Position numbers and translations under genes: made by a program. This document shows, in pieces, positions 1 to 8,402 of a DNA stretch of 32,000 bases. Each line of letters opens with the position of its first letter. Position 1 is the stretch's first letter. The DNA lies in NCBI RefSeq assembly GCF_001564455.1, contig NZ_CP011391.1, forward strand, positions 2,280,001 through 2,312,000, given 5' to 3'. Origin of the DNA: Faecalibaculum rodentium (GTDB lineage Bacteria > Bacillota_I > Bacilli_A > Erysipelotrichales > Erysipelotrichaceae). The notes under the pieces were generated by a model. It worked only from the letters and a program-made list of their open reading frames with translations, did no database searches and was not told the DNA's origin.

Positions 1-546
1 GTGGATGCCGGAAGCTTCAATGGCGAGGTGTTTACCTATGTCGCCGCTGTGGGCATCGGGACACAGGCGGCCTGGGACACGTCCCAGGACATGAAGAAAC
101 GGTTCGGCACCCTGGCCTATGTGGCGTCGGTGATCCAGTCCATTGATTTCACGCACTGGGAGAACAACTCTGCCCGGATGGCCATCGAAACGGATGACCG
201 GTCCTTTGCGGGGGACTTCACCTATGGCATGGTGTGCAATACCTTCTCCGTGGGGGGATCGGACATCCTGGTGCCCAATGAAGCCAATCTCTCGGATGGT
301 CTGCTGGAATATCTCTTCATCCGCCGGCCGATGAACCTCACGGAACTCAACCAGATCCTGCGGTCTCTCGCGAGCCGTGATTTCTCCTCTCCCTTCTTTG
401 AATGGGGACAGACCCGGGCGCTGCATGTGCAAAGCGAAGCGGCGCACTGGACCCTGGATGGCGAATATGGCGGGGAAATCACTGATGCTGAGATCCGGTG
501 CCTGCCCGGGTTCCTGCATCTGGTGAAAGACCCGAAACCTGCGTGA
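1..546 (+). CDS. Lipid/diacylglycerol kinase family protein (YegS/BmrU/DagK-like), C-terminal fragment; the true start lies upstream of the window
   Basis: The frame is open from base 1. The C-terminal half resembles DAGK-family kinases (NTFSVGG, LSDGLLEYLFI, and WTLDGEYGGE, the conserved DGE motif near the C-terminus). TGA stop at 544-546. Confidence 0.6.
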   Translation: MDAGSFNGEVFTYVAAVGIGTQAAWDTSQDMKKRFGTLAYVASVIQSIDFTHWENNSARMAIETDDRSFAGDFTYGMVCNTFSVGGSDILVPNEANLSDGLLEYLFIRRPMNLTELNQILRSLASRDFSSPFFEWGQTRALHVQSEAAHWTLDGEYGGEITDAEIRCLPGFLHLVKDPKPA

Positions 547-618
547 GCCGGCCTGGCCCGCGGCAGTCTGCAGGCCGCTGCCTGCATGGACCGACAGCAC
601 AGAAAAGAGGAAAGAAGT

Positions 619-1395
619 ATGGAAGAACGGACATTCCTGGACCTGACACCCCGCCAGGTCCGGCTGCTGGAACTGGTTTCCGGTGTCAGCGAACAGGCCG
701 GAGGACAGACCCGGCAGCTGATGAAGGACGCCGCAATGCTGCAGCGGTGGACCGACCTGCCCGATCCGGCGGCGCTGGAGGGCATCGGGGTTCCCGACAG
801 CGGGCAGCTCGACTCCACCCGTACGTGGTACCGGGAAAGCCGGCTCCCCGGACTCATCAAATCCATCTATATGCTCCAGGAGCTGGAGGAAGCCGGCGTG
901 GAAACCGGGCCATGCCGGCAGTGGTTTGAACAGGCACTCGCCGCCTGGAGCCCATCCTTTCTGGCATTTCCCTTTGACCGGTTCTGGCGGGCCTACGAAA
1001 GCCGCATCCAGGACACAGAGGACGAACTGACATGGATCGACGGCATTCTCGAAACCATCCTCCTGCTGCAGAACGAGGAATGGGGCCGGCTGCGGGAAAT
1101 GCCCGACAGTCCTTATGTGCTGGTGATCGCGGCGGACTATGACGCGCGACTGGAACGCTGGTTTGCGGATGTGGAAGCCGCCATTCCGCTTTCCCGCATG
1201 GCGTTGCGCCAGCTCGCCTTCGTGGCGACACAATACTGTGAAGAGCACAGCCTGGCGCCGATGGATGAAGACGGCAGCGTGTTTGTGATCGGCTTCCGGG
1301 AAGACGGTGCAACGCTGGTGCCGGAAATCCAGGCAGCGGGGCAGCTGCCCGGGCTCATTGACGAGATCCTGCGGATCGTGAGGCCGGAGCTGTGA
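619..1395 (+). CDS. Hypothetical cytoplasmic protein, no family recognised
   Basis: The ORF track gives 586..1395. The in-frame ATG at 619 is preceded by AAAGAGG (603-610), so it is the preferred start. Its stop overlaps the GTG start of the next gene (GTGA at 1392-1395), which suggests an operon. Confidence 0.5.
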   Translation: MEERTFLDLTPRQVRLLELVSGVSEQAGGQTRQLMKDAAMLQRWTDLPDPAALEGIGVPDSGQLDSTRTWYRESRLPGLIKSIYMLQELEEAGVETGPCRQWFEQALAAWSPSFLAFPFDRFWRAYESRIQDTEDELTWIDGILETILLLQNEEWGRLREMPDSPYVLVIAADYDARLERWFADVEAAIPLSRMALRQLAFVATQYCEEHSLAPMDEDGSVFVIGFREDGATLVPEIQAAGQLPGLIDEILRIVRPEL

Positions 1396-2255
1396 TCAGC
1401 GGCCTGGCGGGCGGCTTTCTCTGGGCGCTGGACACCGTGATCCTGTCACTGGTCCTTGCGCCTTTTTCCATGTCCTTTGCGGCGCCTCTGGCCGCCACGG
1501 CGCTGCACGATGCCTTCAGCGCCCTGTGGCTCGCCCTGCTTGCCACGATCCGCCGCCGGTGGTCTTCCGTTGTCCGGGCGATCAAGCACAAAGACGGCCG
1601 CCGCGTCATGCTGGCGGCGCTGCTGGGAGGCCCCGTGGGGATGGCCGGGTATGTCATGGCGATCCGTTTTCTGGGCCCGGGGCTGGCTGCCTCCATTTCC
1701 TCTTTTTATCCTGCACTGGGACTGGCTGCTTCTGCTCTGCTGTTTCATGAACCGGTGAAGCGGCATCAGGTGGCGGGCATGGTCCTCTCCCTGGTCTGTC
1801 TCGTGCTCATGTCCGGACAGGCTGCCGGCGGCACGGATTTCTGGCTTGGGATCCTGTGCGCCCTGTGCTCCACTGCCGGATGGGCGGCGGAAGGCCTGCT
1901 GGTGCAGAAAGCCGCTTCCCTGGACAACGACATTGCTCTGCTTCTGCGACAGTCGGTGTCGGGTGCGGTGTTCTGGATCCTGGTCCTGCCGCTCTTTGGC
2001 GGACTGCCGGTGGCACTGTCCATGGCTCAAAGCCCGTGGCTGGTGGCTGCCGCCAGCCTGGCAGGAACCGCGAGTTATCTGTGTTACTATCTGGCGATCC
2101 ACCGCATCGGTGCAGCCCGGGCGATGCCTCTGAACATCACCTACTGTGCCTGGGCGGTGGTGCTGGCATGGGTGTTCCAGGGAACCACTGTATCCGGTCC
2201 GGAGGCAGTGTTCTGCGCCGGGGTGATCCTGGGTGGGGTGCTGTCGGCGTGGTGA
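1392..2255 (+). CDS. DMT-superfamily (EamA-like) permease
   Basis: 287 aa, about 10 hydrophobic segments arranged as two similar halves, with Gly/Ala-rich helices typical of EamA/DMT transporters. Translationally coupled to the upstream ORF. Confidence 0.65.
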   Translation: MISGLAGGFLWALDTVILSLVLAPFSMSFAAPLAATALHDAFSALWLALLATIRRRWSSVVRAIKHKDGRRVMLAALLGGPVGMAGYVMAIRFLGPGLAASISSFYPALGLAASALLFHEPVKRHQVAGMVLSLVCLVLMSGQAAGGTDFWLGILCALCSTAGWAAEGLLVQKAASLDNDIALLLRQSVSGAVFWILVLPLFGGLPVALSMAQSPWLVAAASLAGTASYLCYYLAIHRIGAARAMPLNITYCAWAVVLAWVFQGTTVSGPEAVFCAGVILGGVLSAW

Positions 2256-2426
2256 CACGAAAGGGCCGGAAGTCCATGAGGTTTTGCCGGTTTTCCGGTA
2301 AAATACAGCACGGACAGAACCGGAAAATCACGGTAAAATGGTAACACCAATTTCGAGGCATTCCCGCCTGCCGGCATCGGCATGGATCCCGGAATGCATC
2401 AGCCGGAAGGGGAGGCGGTTTGAAGG

Positions 2427-3428
2427 ATGAAAGAAACAGGAAACAGGAAGCGGCAGATGTCCTATACACATTTGTGGGTTTTGACCGCATTTGCAGTGGT
2501 GGCGGTCTTCGGCATCTGCTGGGGCATCCTGGCAGCGGACTACCACACTACACAGGCGGCAAGACATGAAAAGCTCGGGGAAGCCGTGAAAGCCAGGAAG
2601 GACCTGGAATCCCGTCTGTCGCAGGAAACCAATTTCCGGAACCTGGACCAGGGGGACTATGACACGTTCATGGCCATGGTGGCGCAGGACAATGCAGGGG
2701 CGTATCAGGATCTGGAGCCTTACAACAACGAGAAAACGGAAATCCCCGATGACGTGGCCGCACGGGTGGACACCGCGGATCCCGACACAGACGGCAGGCG
2801 CTACCTGGATCTCTGGGATGACCAGAGCATCCCTTCGGAGTACCTGACCTTCCTGTCCCGGGATGATCAGCGCCTCGACATCGTGTCCAGGATCCATGAG
2901 CTGGAGGGAAACACCCAGGCCCCGGAGACCCTGAGCGAGTCCCTGGAAACTGTCCCGCATCTTCTGCAGTGGGACGAACGGTGGGCGTATCTGCCCTATG
3001 GCACAAGCAATATGCTGTTTGCGGGGTGTGCACCCACGTCGCTGGCCATGGTGTTTTCCTACCTGAACCAGGATCCGTCCATCACGCCGTACGCCGTGGC
3101 GCAGTTCTCCGAACAGGCCGGTGACTATGTGGACGGTATCGGAAGCTCCCATTCCCTGCTGGGGGATGCGGCAAACAACTGGGGAATCCAGTTCGAAGCC
3201 ATTTCCCCGACGAAGGAAATGATGGAGGCATCCCTGAATGCCGGCAACATTCTGGTGCTGTCGATGAATCCGGGGGACTTCACGAGAGTCGGTCACTTCA
3301 TTGTGGTGACGGGAATGGAAGACGGTCAGTTCAAGGTGCTGGACCCCAACTCCAATAAAAACACCCGTCTCTGGGATCCCCAGACCGTGGCTGACCAGAC
3401 TGCCTTCGCCTGGGCCTACTGGAAGTAG
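2427..3428 (+). CDS. Membrane-anchored C39-like (papain-fold) peptidase domain protein
   Basis: One N-terminal TM helix (LWVLTAFAVVAVFGICWGILA). The C-terminal domain has LLQWDERWAYLPYG...GCAPTSLAMVFSYLN (catalytic Cys context) and GHFIVVTGMEDGQFKVLDPNS (His context), as in Peptidase_C39_2 proteins. RBS GGAAGGGGAGG lies upstream. Confidence 0.7.
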   Translation: MKETGNRKRQMSYTHLWVLTAFAVVAVFGICWGILAADYHTTQAARHEKLGEAVKARKDLESRLSQETNFRNLDQGDYDTFMAMVAQDNAGAYQDLEPYNNEKTEIPDDVAARVDTADPDTDGRRYLDLWDDQSIPSEYLTFLSRDDQRLDIVSRIHELEGNTQAPETLSESLETVPHLLQWDERWAYLPYGTSNMLFAGCAPTSLAMVFSYLNQDPSITPYAVAQFSEQAGDYVDGIGSSHSLLGDAANNWGIQFEAISPTKEMMEASLNAGNILVLSMNPGDFTRVGHFIVVTGMEDGQFKVLDPNSNKNTRLWDPQTVADQTAFAWAYWK

Positions 3429-3655
3429 GGCGCCGCGTTGACCTGGCCGGGATACCGGCCAAGTCAACCCGCCGGCTTTCAGGTTGACGCGATGAATTTA
3501 CATTTGAAGCTGAATTGCAGTATGGAGGCCTGTCACGTATATGGTGGCCGGGTAGGTAACAGGTGCCATATATAAGAAAAATTAACAAAATGTTTCCTTA
3601 TATATGTGAATTAAGCCCCTTTTCTGTCATAATATAGACAGAGAAGGGGCCTTCT

Positions 3656-4324
3656 ATGATCAGAAAAAGCGAACTCACAAAGGATTTCTACAAGCCAAAG
3701 GAAGCGGGTACCCTGATTGGCAGAGGACCAAGAACTGTCTCTAGCTTGGTCCGTGCCGGAAAACTTGAAGCCATAAGAAGCGACATCAACCGGATCTTGA
3801 TCCCCAGGGACAGTGTGGCCAAACTGCTCGAACAGTCAGGGCTTCTGCTGGAAGACGAGGATGCAAGAAGGGATGCCATCTATGCAAGAGCTTCCTCTCA
3901 TGAGCAGAAAAACAGGGGTGATCTGGAAAGACAGGTCCTGGACATCATGAATGCCTGTGAAAAAGAAGGGCTGGACAAACCGGTCATCATCAGAGATACC
4001 GGATCCGGGCTCAACACAAAGCGAAAAGGGCTGGTCCGGCTGATCGAAATGGCAAAGAATCACGAGATCAAGAGGATCTTCATCACCAGCAAAGACCGGC
4101 TGACCAGGTTTGGCTATGAATATCTGGAAGAGCTGTTCGCCATGGCAGGCGTGGAACTGACCACTCTGCAGGAAGAAGAAAACAAGGACCTTCAGGAGGA
4201 ACTGGTCGACGATATGATTAGCCTGCTGGCATCCTTTTCCGGAAAGCTGTACCGGATCAGGGGGAACAAGAAAAAGAAGATGCGGGAGATCATAGACTCT
4301 GTACCTGAGGAGGACCGGGAATGA
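3656..4324 (+). CDS. tnpA: IS607-family transposase TnpA (MerR-like HTH + serine recombinase/resolvase domain)
   Basis: N-terminal HTH (YKPKEAGTLIGRGPRTVSSLVRAGKLEAIR). Catalytic-serine motif IYARASSHEQK..DLERQ. Also DTGSGLNTKRKGL, KDRLTRFGYEYLEELF and LVDDMISLLASFSGKLY, all hallmarks of IS607 TnpA. Confidence 0.9.
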   Translation: MIRKSELTKDFYKPKEAGTLIGRGPRTVSSLVRAGKLEAIRSDINRILIPRDSVAKLLEQSGLLLEDEDARRDAIYARASSHEQKNRGDLERQVLDIMNACEKEGLDKPVIIRDTGSGLNTKRKGLVRLIEMAKNHEIKRIFITSKDRLTRFGYEYLEELFAMAGVELTTLQEEENKDLQEELVDDMISLLASFSGKLYRIRGNKKKKMREIIDSVPEEDRE

Positions 4325-5742
4325 GGACCATGGATATGCCTCCTGTTTATGAACAGCCGGGATCTCTGATCCTCCCTTTGGAGATACGTCTGGATAAAAG
4401 ACTGTGCCCGGAAGTGATCGACTGTATCGATGACGGGCTTTCTGTTTATTCAAGTGCATACAGGTACGCCTTTTCCCAGATCGACCACGGGCAGAGAAAC
4501 CTGAACCAGCTCACCAAAGACCTCCAGTACAAATACGGCCTGAAAAGCCGGGCAGCCAATTCCATTGCCAGAGACGCAAAAGCCAGACATCAGGCAGGAC
4601 TGGAACTGGCCAGAGTGCAGGACAAAAACCTTCGTGCTTCCATACTCCGTAAAAAGAAACGGCTGAAAAAGCTGAAGAAAACAGTAGAGGAAAAAAGCAG
4701 AGAAGCCGCAGCCGGCCGACTGGGGCATCACGAACTCTCTCATTACCGCAGACAGAAGCATGTTCTGTGGCGTCTGGGCCAGCTGATCCCCAGGCTGGAA
4801 GCCAAACTGAAGCGATGGAAGAAGGATATCGAAAACAGGCACGTCCGCCTTTGCTTTGGCACAAAGAAACTCTTCAAGGCTCAGTACCACCTGAAAGAAA
4901 ACGGTCTGTCCTGTCATGAGGGATGGAAAGAGCTGTTTGTCAGAAGCAGGGACCGGATGATGTACCTCTGCGGTAAAAACGATGAGAAAAACGGGAACCA
5001 GCTCTGCCATCTGTTCCGCATGGAAGACGGGAGCTGGACGATTGGGATCCTTCCTGTGCTCAAGCCAGAAAAAGGACAGGACAAGATCATCACCGGTCCG
5101 GTAAAGATCACCCATGCACCCGGGCTTGAACTGCTCAATAAGACATTTGACGGCTTTGAAGCTGCCCAGCCAGCGAAGCAGGCGGTCAGTGTCCGGATCC
5201 TGAGGAGGAAGAAGGGGCATTATGTCCAGTTCTATCTTCATCTGCCAAAACCGGAAGGATGGAGCACTTCCTCTTTTGAGGGAGCGATCGGTCTTGATTT
5301 CAATGCCGACCACATAGCGCTTTGCGAGACGGACCGGAGCGGGAGCGTAGTGTATGCAAGAAGGATCAGCCTGCATGGATTCGGCAGGAAGAAGCATAAC
5401 TATGATCAGGGGATCGCTCAGATGATGTCTGCAGTAAAGGAGATAACGGGCGAAGCCCGCTTGAAGGGGAAAGATCTTGTCATCGAAAATCTTGACTTCT
5501 CCGGCAAAAAAACAGATCTCCAGAAGAACAGGGACTACAACCGGATGATCACTCAGCTGGCTTACGGCCGATACACCCAGGCAGTAAAGAGAAGATGCTT
5601 CAAGGACAACGTGGACCTGAAGATCGTGGATCCGGCTTATACATCAAAGAAAGCAAAAGAGACAGTATGCAGGGAACTTGGCATCAATGTTCATCTCGGT
5701 GCTGCCTGCATGATCGCAAGAAGAGGACTCGGCCTCTTTTGA
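4321..5742 (+). CDS. tnpB: TnpB-related protein (divergent: no zinc ribbon, RuvC-III Asp position occupied by His)
   Basis: ATGA overlap with tnpA. RuvC-I is AIGLDFNADHIAL (D326) and RuvC-II is DLVIENLDF (E389). The TnpB signature IVDPAYTS (aa 435-442) is followed directly by KKAKETVCRELGINVHLGAACMIARRGLGLF and the stop. There is no CxxC pair. The D-x-N-A-A-x-N-I motif reads H-L-G-A-A-C-M-I. Confidence 0.75.
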   Translation: MRTMDMPPVYEQPGSLILPLEIRLDKRLCPEVIDCIDDGLSVYSSAYRYAFSQIDHGQRNLNQLTKDLQYKYGLKSRAANSIARDAKARHQAGLELARVQDKNLRASILRKKKRLKKLKKTVEEKSREAAAGRLGHHELSHYRRQKHVLWRLGQLIPRLEAKLKRWKKDIENRHVRLCFGTKKLFKAQYHLKENGLSCHEGWKELFVRSRDRMMYLCGKNDEKNGNQLCHLFRMEDGSWTIGILPVLKPEKGQDKIITGPVKITHAPGLELLNKTFDGFEAAQPAKQAVSVRILRRKKGHYVQFYLHLPKPEGWSTSSFEGAIGLDFNADHIALCETDRSGSVVYARRISLHGFGRKKHNYDQGIAQMMSAVKEITGEARLKGKDLVIENLDFSGKKTDLQKNRDYNRMITQLAYGRYTQAVKRRCFKDNVDLKIVDPAYTSKKAKETVCRELGINVHLGAACMIARRGLGLF

Positions 5743-5744
5743 CA

Positions 5745-5930
5745 ACTGAGAAACACCTCCCACAGGGAGGAAAGAAACGCCGGAGGATGTTTCTTTCAGG
5801 CCTTGTGGGAGGAGCTTTAAAATCGCTGTCCGGCTCAATGCATTCAGGTGCAGGCCCCGGAACAGAACTGGCATCAGGCGCAGGATGCTGGCCCGTCATA
5901 GGCGGGAGGAAAACCTGAATCCAGTTTTTC
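5745..5930 (+). ncRNA. Candidate structured RNA (omega-RNA-like scaffold or complex terminator) just 3' of the TnpB-related gene
   Basis: A 12-bp stem (5756-5767 with 5801-5812) encloses a 9-bp hairpin (GAAAGAAAC 5770-5778 / GTTTCTTTC 5789-5797). An 8-bp long-range stem (ATTCAGGT 5842-5849 / ACCTGAAT 5913-5920) encloses the hairpin 5868-5891. A T-run follows at 5925-5929. No credible ORF. Confidence 0.3.
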
Positions 5931-6130
5931 CAATTATTTGCTACGCTTTTTCTGATGGATGCAGATCCGCTGTTCTGCCTCACCGCCCTGGAGTATGGCG
6001 GCACAAGTCTGCGTGATCCCGAAACACATTGTTTCCTCTTTACTTGCCTGCTGACACCGCGCAGAATCAGAAAAGAAGGCACTGGCGGGATGGCTTGTCC
6101 ATCATCGGCCAGAGGAAGGAATGCAACGGT

Positions 6131-7153
6131 ATGGATCTTGAACTGTTCGGAACGCTGGGTCCCGCGTGTCACGATGTGAAGCGTCTGAAGCGGATGATTG
6201 AATCGGGGATGAACGGCATCCGGCTGAATCTCTCGCATGGGTCTCTGGAGGAAAAACAGGACTGGATCGCGGCGCTGCATGAGGCACAGAAAGAAACGGG
6301 GCAGCGGGTGACCCTGCTCGTGGACCTCAGGGAACGGGAATTGCGGATCCAGGACATGGAACCGCTGGATCTGGAAACCGGCAGCTGTGTCGGATTTGGC
6401 ACAGACATCCCGGCGGATCGGGCCCTGTGTTCTCTGATCACACCGGGGATGACCATTCAGCTGGATGACGGGCGTGTGAAGCTCAGGGCGCTGAACCTGA
6501 ATGCCGACGGCTCCTGGGACTGCGAGGTACTGCAGGGAGGCTGCCTGCAGGGACGGAAAAGCTGTGCCCTGGAAGGGGCGCCGATACCCTTTTCTCCTCT
6601 CTGTGAAGATGACCTGAAAAACCTGGACAACGCCAGGCGCTTCGGGGTGACGGCACTGATGGTCCCCTTTGTGCAAAGTGCACGGGATCTGGAAACGGTG
6701 CGCCGGGAACTGACACACAGGGGGCTGAACCTGCGGCTTTATGCGAAGATCGAGAACGAGGAAGGGTGCCGGAATCTGGAAAAGATCCTGCCGCTGGCGG
6801 ATATGATCGTCATTGCACGCGGGGACCTGGGGCAGGATACGGGTCTTGTGCGGCTGCCCGGGATCCAGCGGGATCTGGAACGGCGCTGCCAGCGTGGCGG
6901 GAAGCCATGGATGGTGGTGACGGAACTCCTTGCCTCCATGGTCCAGTCTCCAGTCTGCACACGGGCGGAAGCCAATGATGTGTTCCGGGCCGTGGCAGAC
7001 GGCGCTTCGGCGGTGATGCTCACGAACGAAACCGCGGCCGGGCAGTGGCCGGAGGAAGCCATGGATATGCTGTGCCGCCTGGCCCGGGAAGGGCTTCGGG
7101 AACGCGAAGCGCTGGCGTCGGCGGTCTGCGATGGCAGGCCACTGGATCATTGA
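6131..7153 (+). CDS. Pyruvate-kinase-like protein (A barrel + B lid only, no C-terminal domain)
   Basis: Starts MDLELFGTLGPA at ATG 6131, downstream of AGAGGAAGGA. PK motifs present: GMNGIRLNLSHG, AKIENEEG, IARGDLGQD, TRAEANDV, MLTNETAAGQWPEEA. The protein ends about 340 aa, where canonical PKs continue with a ~120-aa C domain. Confidence 0.7.
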   Translation: MDLELFGTLGPACHDVKRLKRMIESGMNGIRLNLSHGSLEEKQDWIAALHEAQKETGQRVTLLVDLRERELRIQDMEPLDLETGSCVGFGTDIPADRALCSLITPGMTIQLDDGRVKLRALNLNADGSWDCEVLQGGCLQGRKSCALEGAPIPFSPLCEDDLKNLDNARRFGVTALMVPFVQSARDLETVRRELTHRGLNLRLYAKIENEEGCRNLEKILPLADMIVIARGDLGQDTGLVRLPGIQRDLERRCQRGGKPWMVVTELLASMVQSPVCTRAEANDVFRAVADGASAVMLTNETAAGQWPEEAMDMLCRLAREGLREREALASAVCDGRPLDH

Positions 7154-7181
7154 CCGGCTCCGTCCCTTTTGGAGACTCACT

Positions 7182-7222
7182 GTGCAGCCGTCTGGATGAC
7201 ACCATCCGGGCGGCACTTTTTT
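7182..7222 (+). terminator. Rho-independent terminator after the PK-like gene
   Basis: Imperfect GC-rich hairpin GTGCAGCCGTCTGGATG...CATCCGGGCGGCAC, followed by TTTTTT. Confidence 0.65.
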
Positions 7223-7310
7223 CATCTGTCCTTCAGCCTTCTACAATGGAAAGCGAACACAGGCAAAGCCAGGTCCTGCCGGGACGCAGGCAGTCTGCGG
7301 AGGTGATTCG

Positions 7311-8402
7311 ATGTCGTTTTATCAGATGATGCAGCTGGATCCTGCATCCAACCGGAAACTGCGTGCAGATGCAGCCCCGGAGACCGTCCGGAAGCTGCGG
7401 CTGGCGATGGTGGCACGCTCGGCGCTGATCGTCGTATTCGCGATTGCCTTCATCGGCCTCATGAGCACCTGGTTCGGGGCGGAGAACAGCAGCATGGCTG
7501 TGTCCATTTTCTGTATCCTGCTGGCGAGCCGCTTCGCAGGGTTCGGGTACCGCATATCGGATTCCCTGCTCTGCATGGGACTCAGCTTCTTCCTCCTGCT
7601 GACAGGTCCGGTTCTGGCCCTGCTGCCCCATGAGCTGTTCTGGGCGTTGCTGATCGATTTTGTCAGTCTGCTGACCATCATTGTCATGACGTGTGAAAAC
7701 CCGGAACTGGGCAACGGCGGGCTGTATACCTTCGCATATATTTTCCTGAGCGGCAATCCCGTTCGGGGGGATGCCTTTGTGCAGCGGGCGTGGCTGACAG
7801 TCCTGGGGTTCGCGCTTTGCGGATTCGTGCTCTGGCACAACCACCGGGACCAGAACAGAGACCGGACCTTTGTGTCGATCCTGCGCGGATTTTCCCTGCG
7901 CAGCTACAAATGCCAGTGGCAGCTGCGGCTGGCGTTTGGCGTGAGTCTGCTTCTGGCGCTGTTCTCGACCCTGGATATGACCCGCTTCATGTGGGCCGGA
8001 TTCGCCTGCGGGTCCCTGCTGGCGGATGTGGAAGTCGAGAGCCACATTCATGAAAAGCTCCGGGACCGGCTGCTGGGGGCGGTCATCGGCTCGGTGGCGT
8101 TCTGGCTGATCTGGTCTGTGCTTCCGGTGAACCTGGAACCGCTGCTGGGGCCGGTGGGCGGCATGTGTCTGGGGCTCTGTGCCGAATACCGCCACAAGAC
8201 GATGCTCAACTGCTTCGGCGCCCTGGCGCTGGCAGCGGGCATGTACGGACTCCAGGGCGCTGTGCTGCTCAGGATCATCATGACTCTCCTGGGGATCCTG
8301 TTTGCGATCCTGTTCTTCTATGTGTATGACCATTTTGTCATGACGGCGTTTGTGCCGGAGAAATCCCGGCTGGAGCCGTACCGGGATGACCCGGAGCGCT
8401 GA
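7311..8402 (+). CDS. Polytopic membrane protein, FUSC/ArAE-like (tentative)
   Basis: 363 aa with many hydrophobic helices. Strong RBS GGAGGTG lies 6 nt upstream of the ATG. Overall architecture resembles the fusaric-acid-resistance/aromatic-acid-exporter superfamily, but no diagnostic motif was recognised. Confidence 0.5.
   Translation: MSFYQMMQLDPASNRKLRADAAPETVRKLRLAMVARSALIVVFAIAFIGLMSTWFGAENSSMAVSIFCILLASRFAGFGYRISDSLLCMGLSFFLLLTGPVLALLPHELFWALLIDFVSLLTIIVMTCENPELGNGGLYTFAYIFLSGNPVRGDAFVQRAWLTVLGFALCGFVLWHNHRDQNRDRTFVSILRGFSLRSYKCQWQLRLAFGVSLLLALFSTLDMTRFMWAGFACGSLLADVEVESHIHEKLRDRLLGAVIGSVAFWLIWSVLPVNLEPLLGPVGGMCLGLCAEYRHKTMLNCFGALALAAGMYGLQGAVLLRIIMTLLGILFAILFFYVYDHFVMTAFVPEKSRLEPYRDDPER

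Larger units (their letters stand above)
3490..5950 (+). mobile_element. IS607-family insertion (tnpA serine recombinase + TnpB-related gene + structured 3' tail); boundaries approximate
   Basis: GC content visibly drops relative to the flanks, with AT-rich stretches at 3490-3655 and 5925-5960. Gene content is typical of IS607. No terminal inverted repeats were found, as expected for this family, so the ends are set by composition only. Confidence 0.55.

Noticed and set aside
2328-3467. 379-aa minus-strand ORF
   Set aside because: It is antisense to the well-supported C39-like peptidase gene. Its composition (R/H/G/P/V-rich, no motifs) is typical of shadow ORFs in high-GC DNA.
5684-7225. 513-aa minus-strand ORF
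   Set aside because: It is antisense to the pyruvate-kinase-like gene and runs across the IS607 right end. It is Arg/Pro/His-rich with no recognisable domain.
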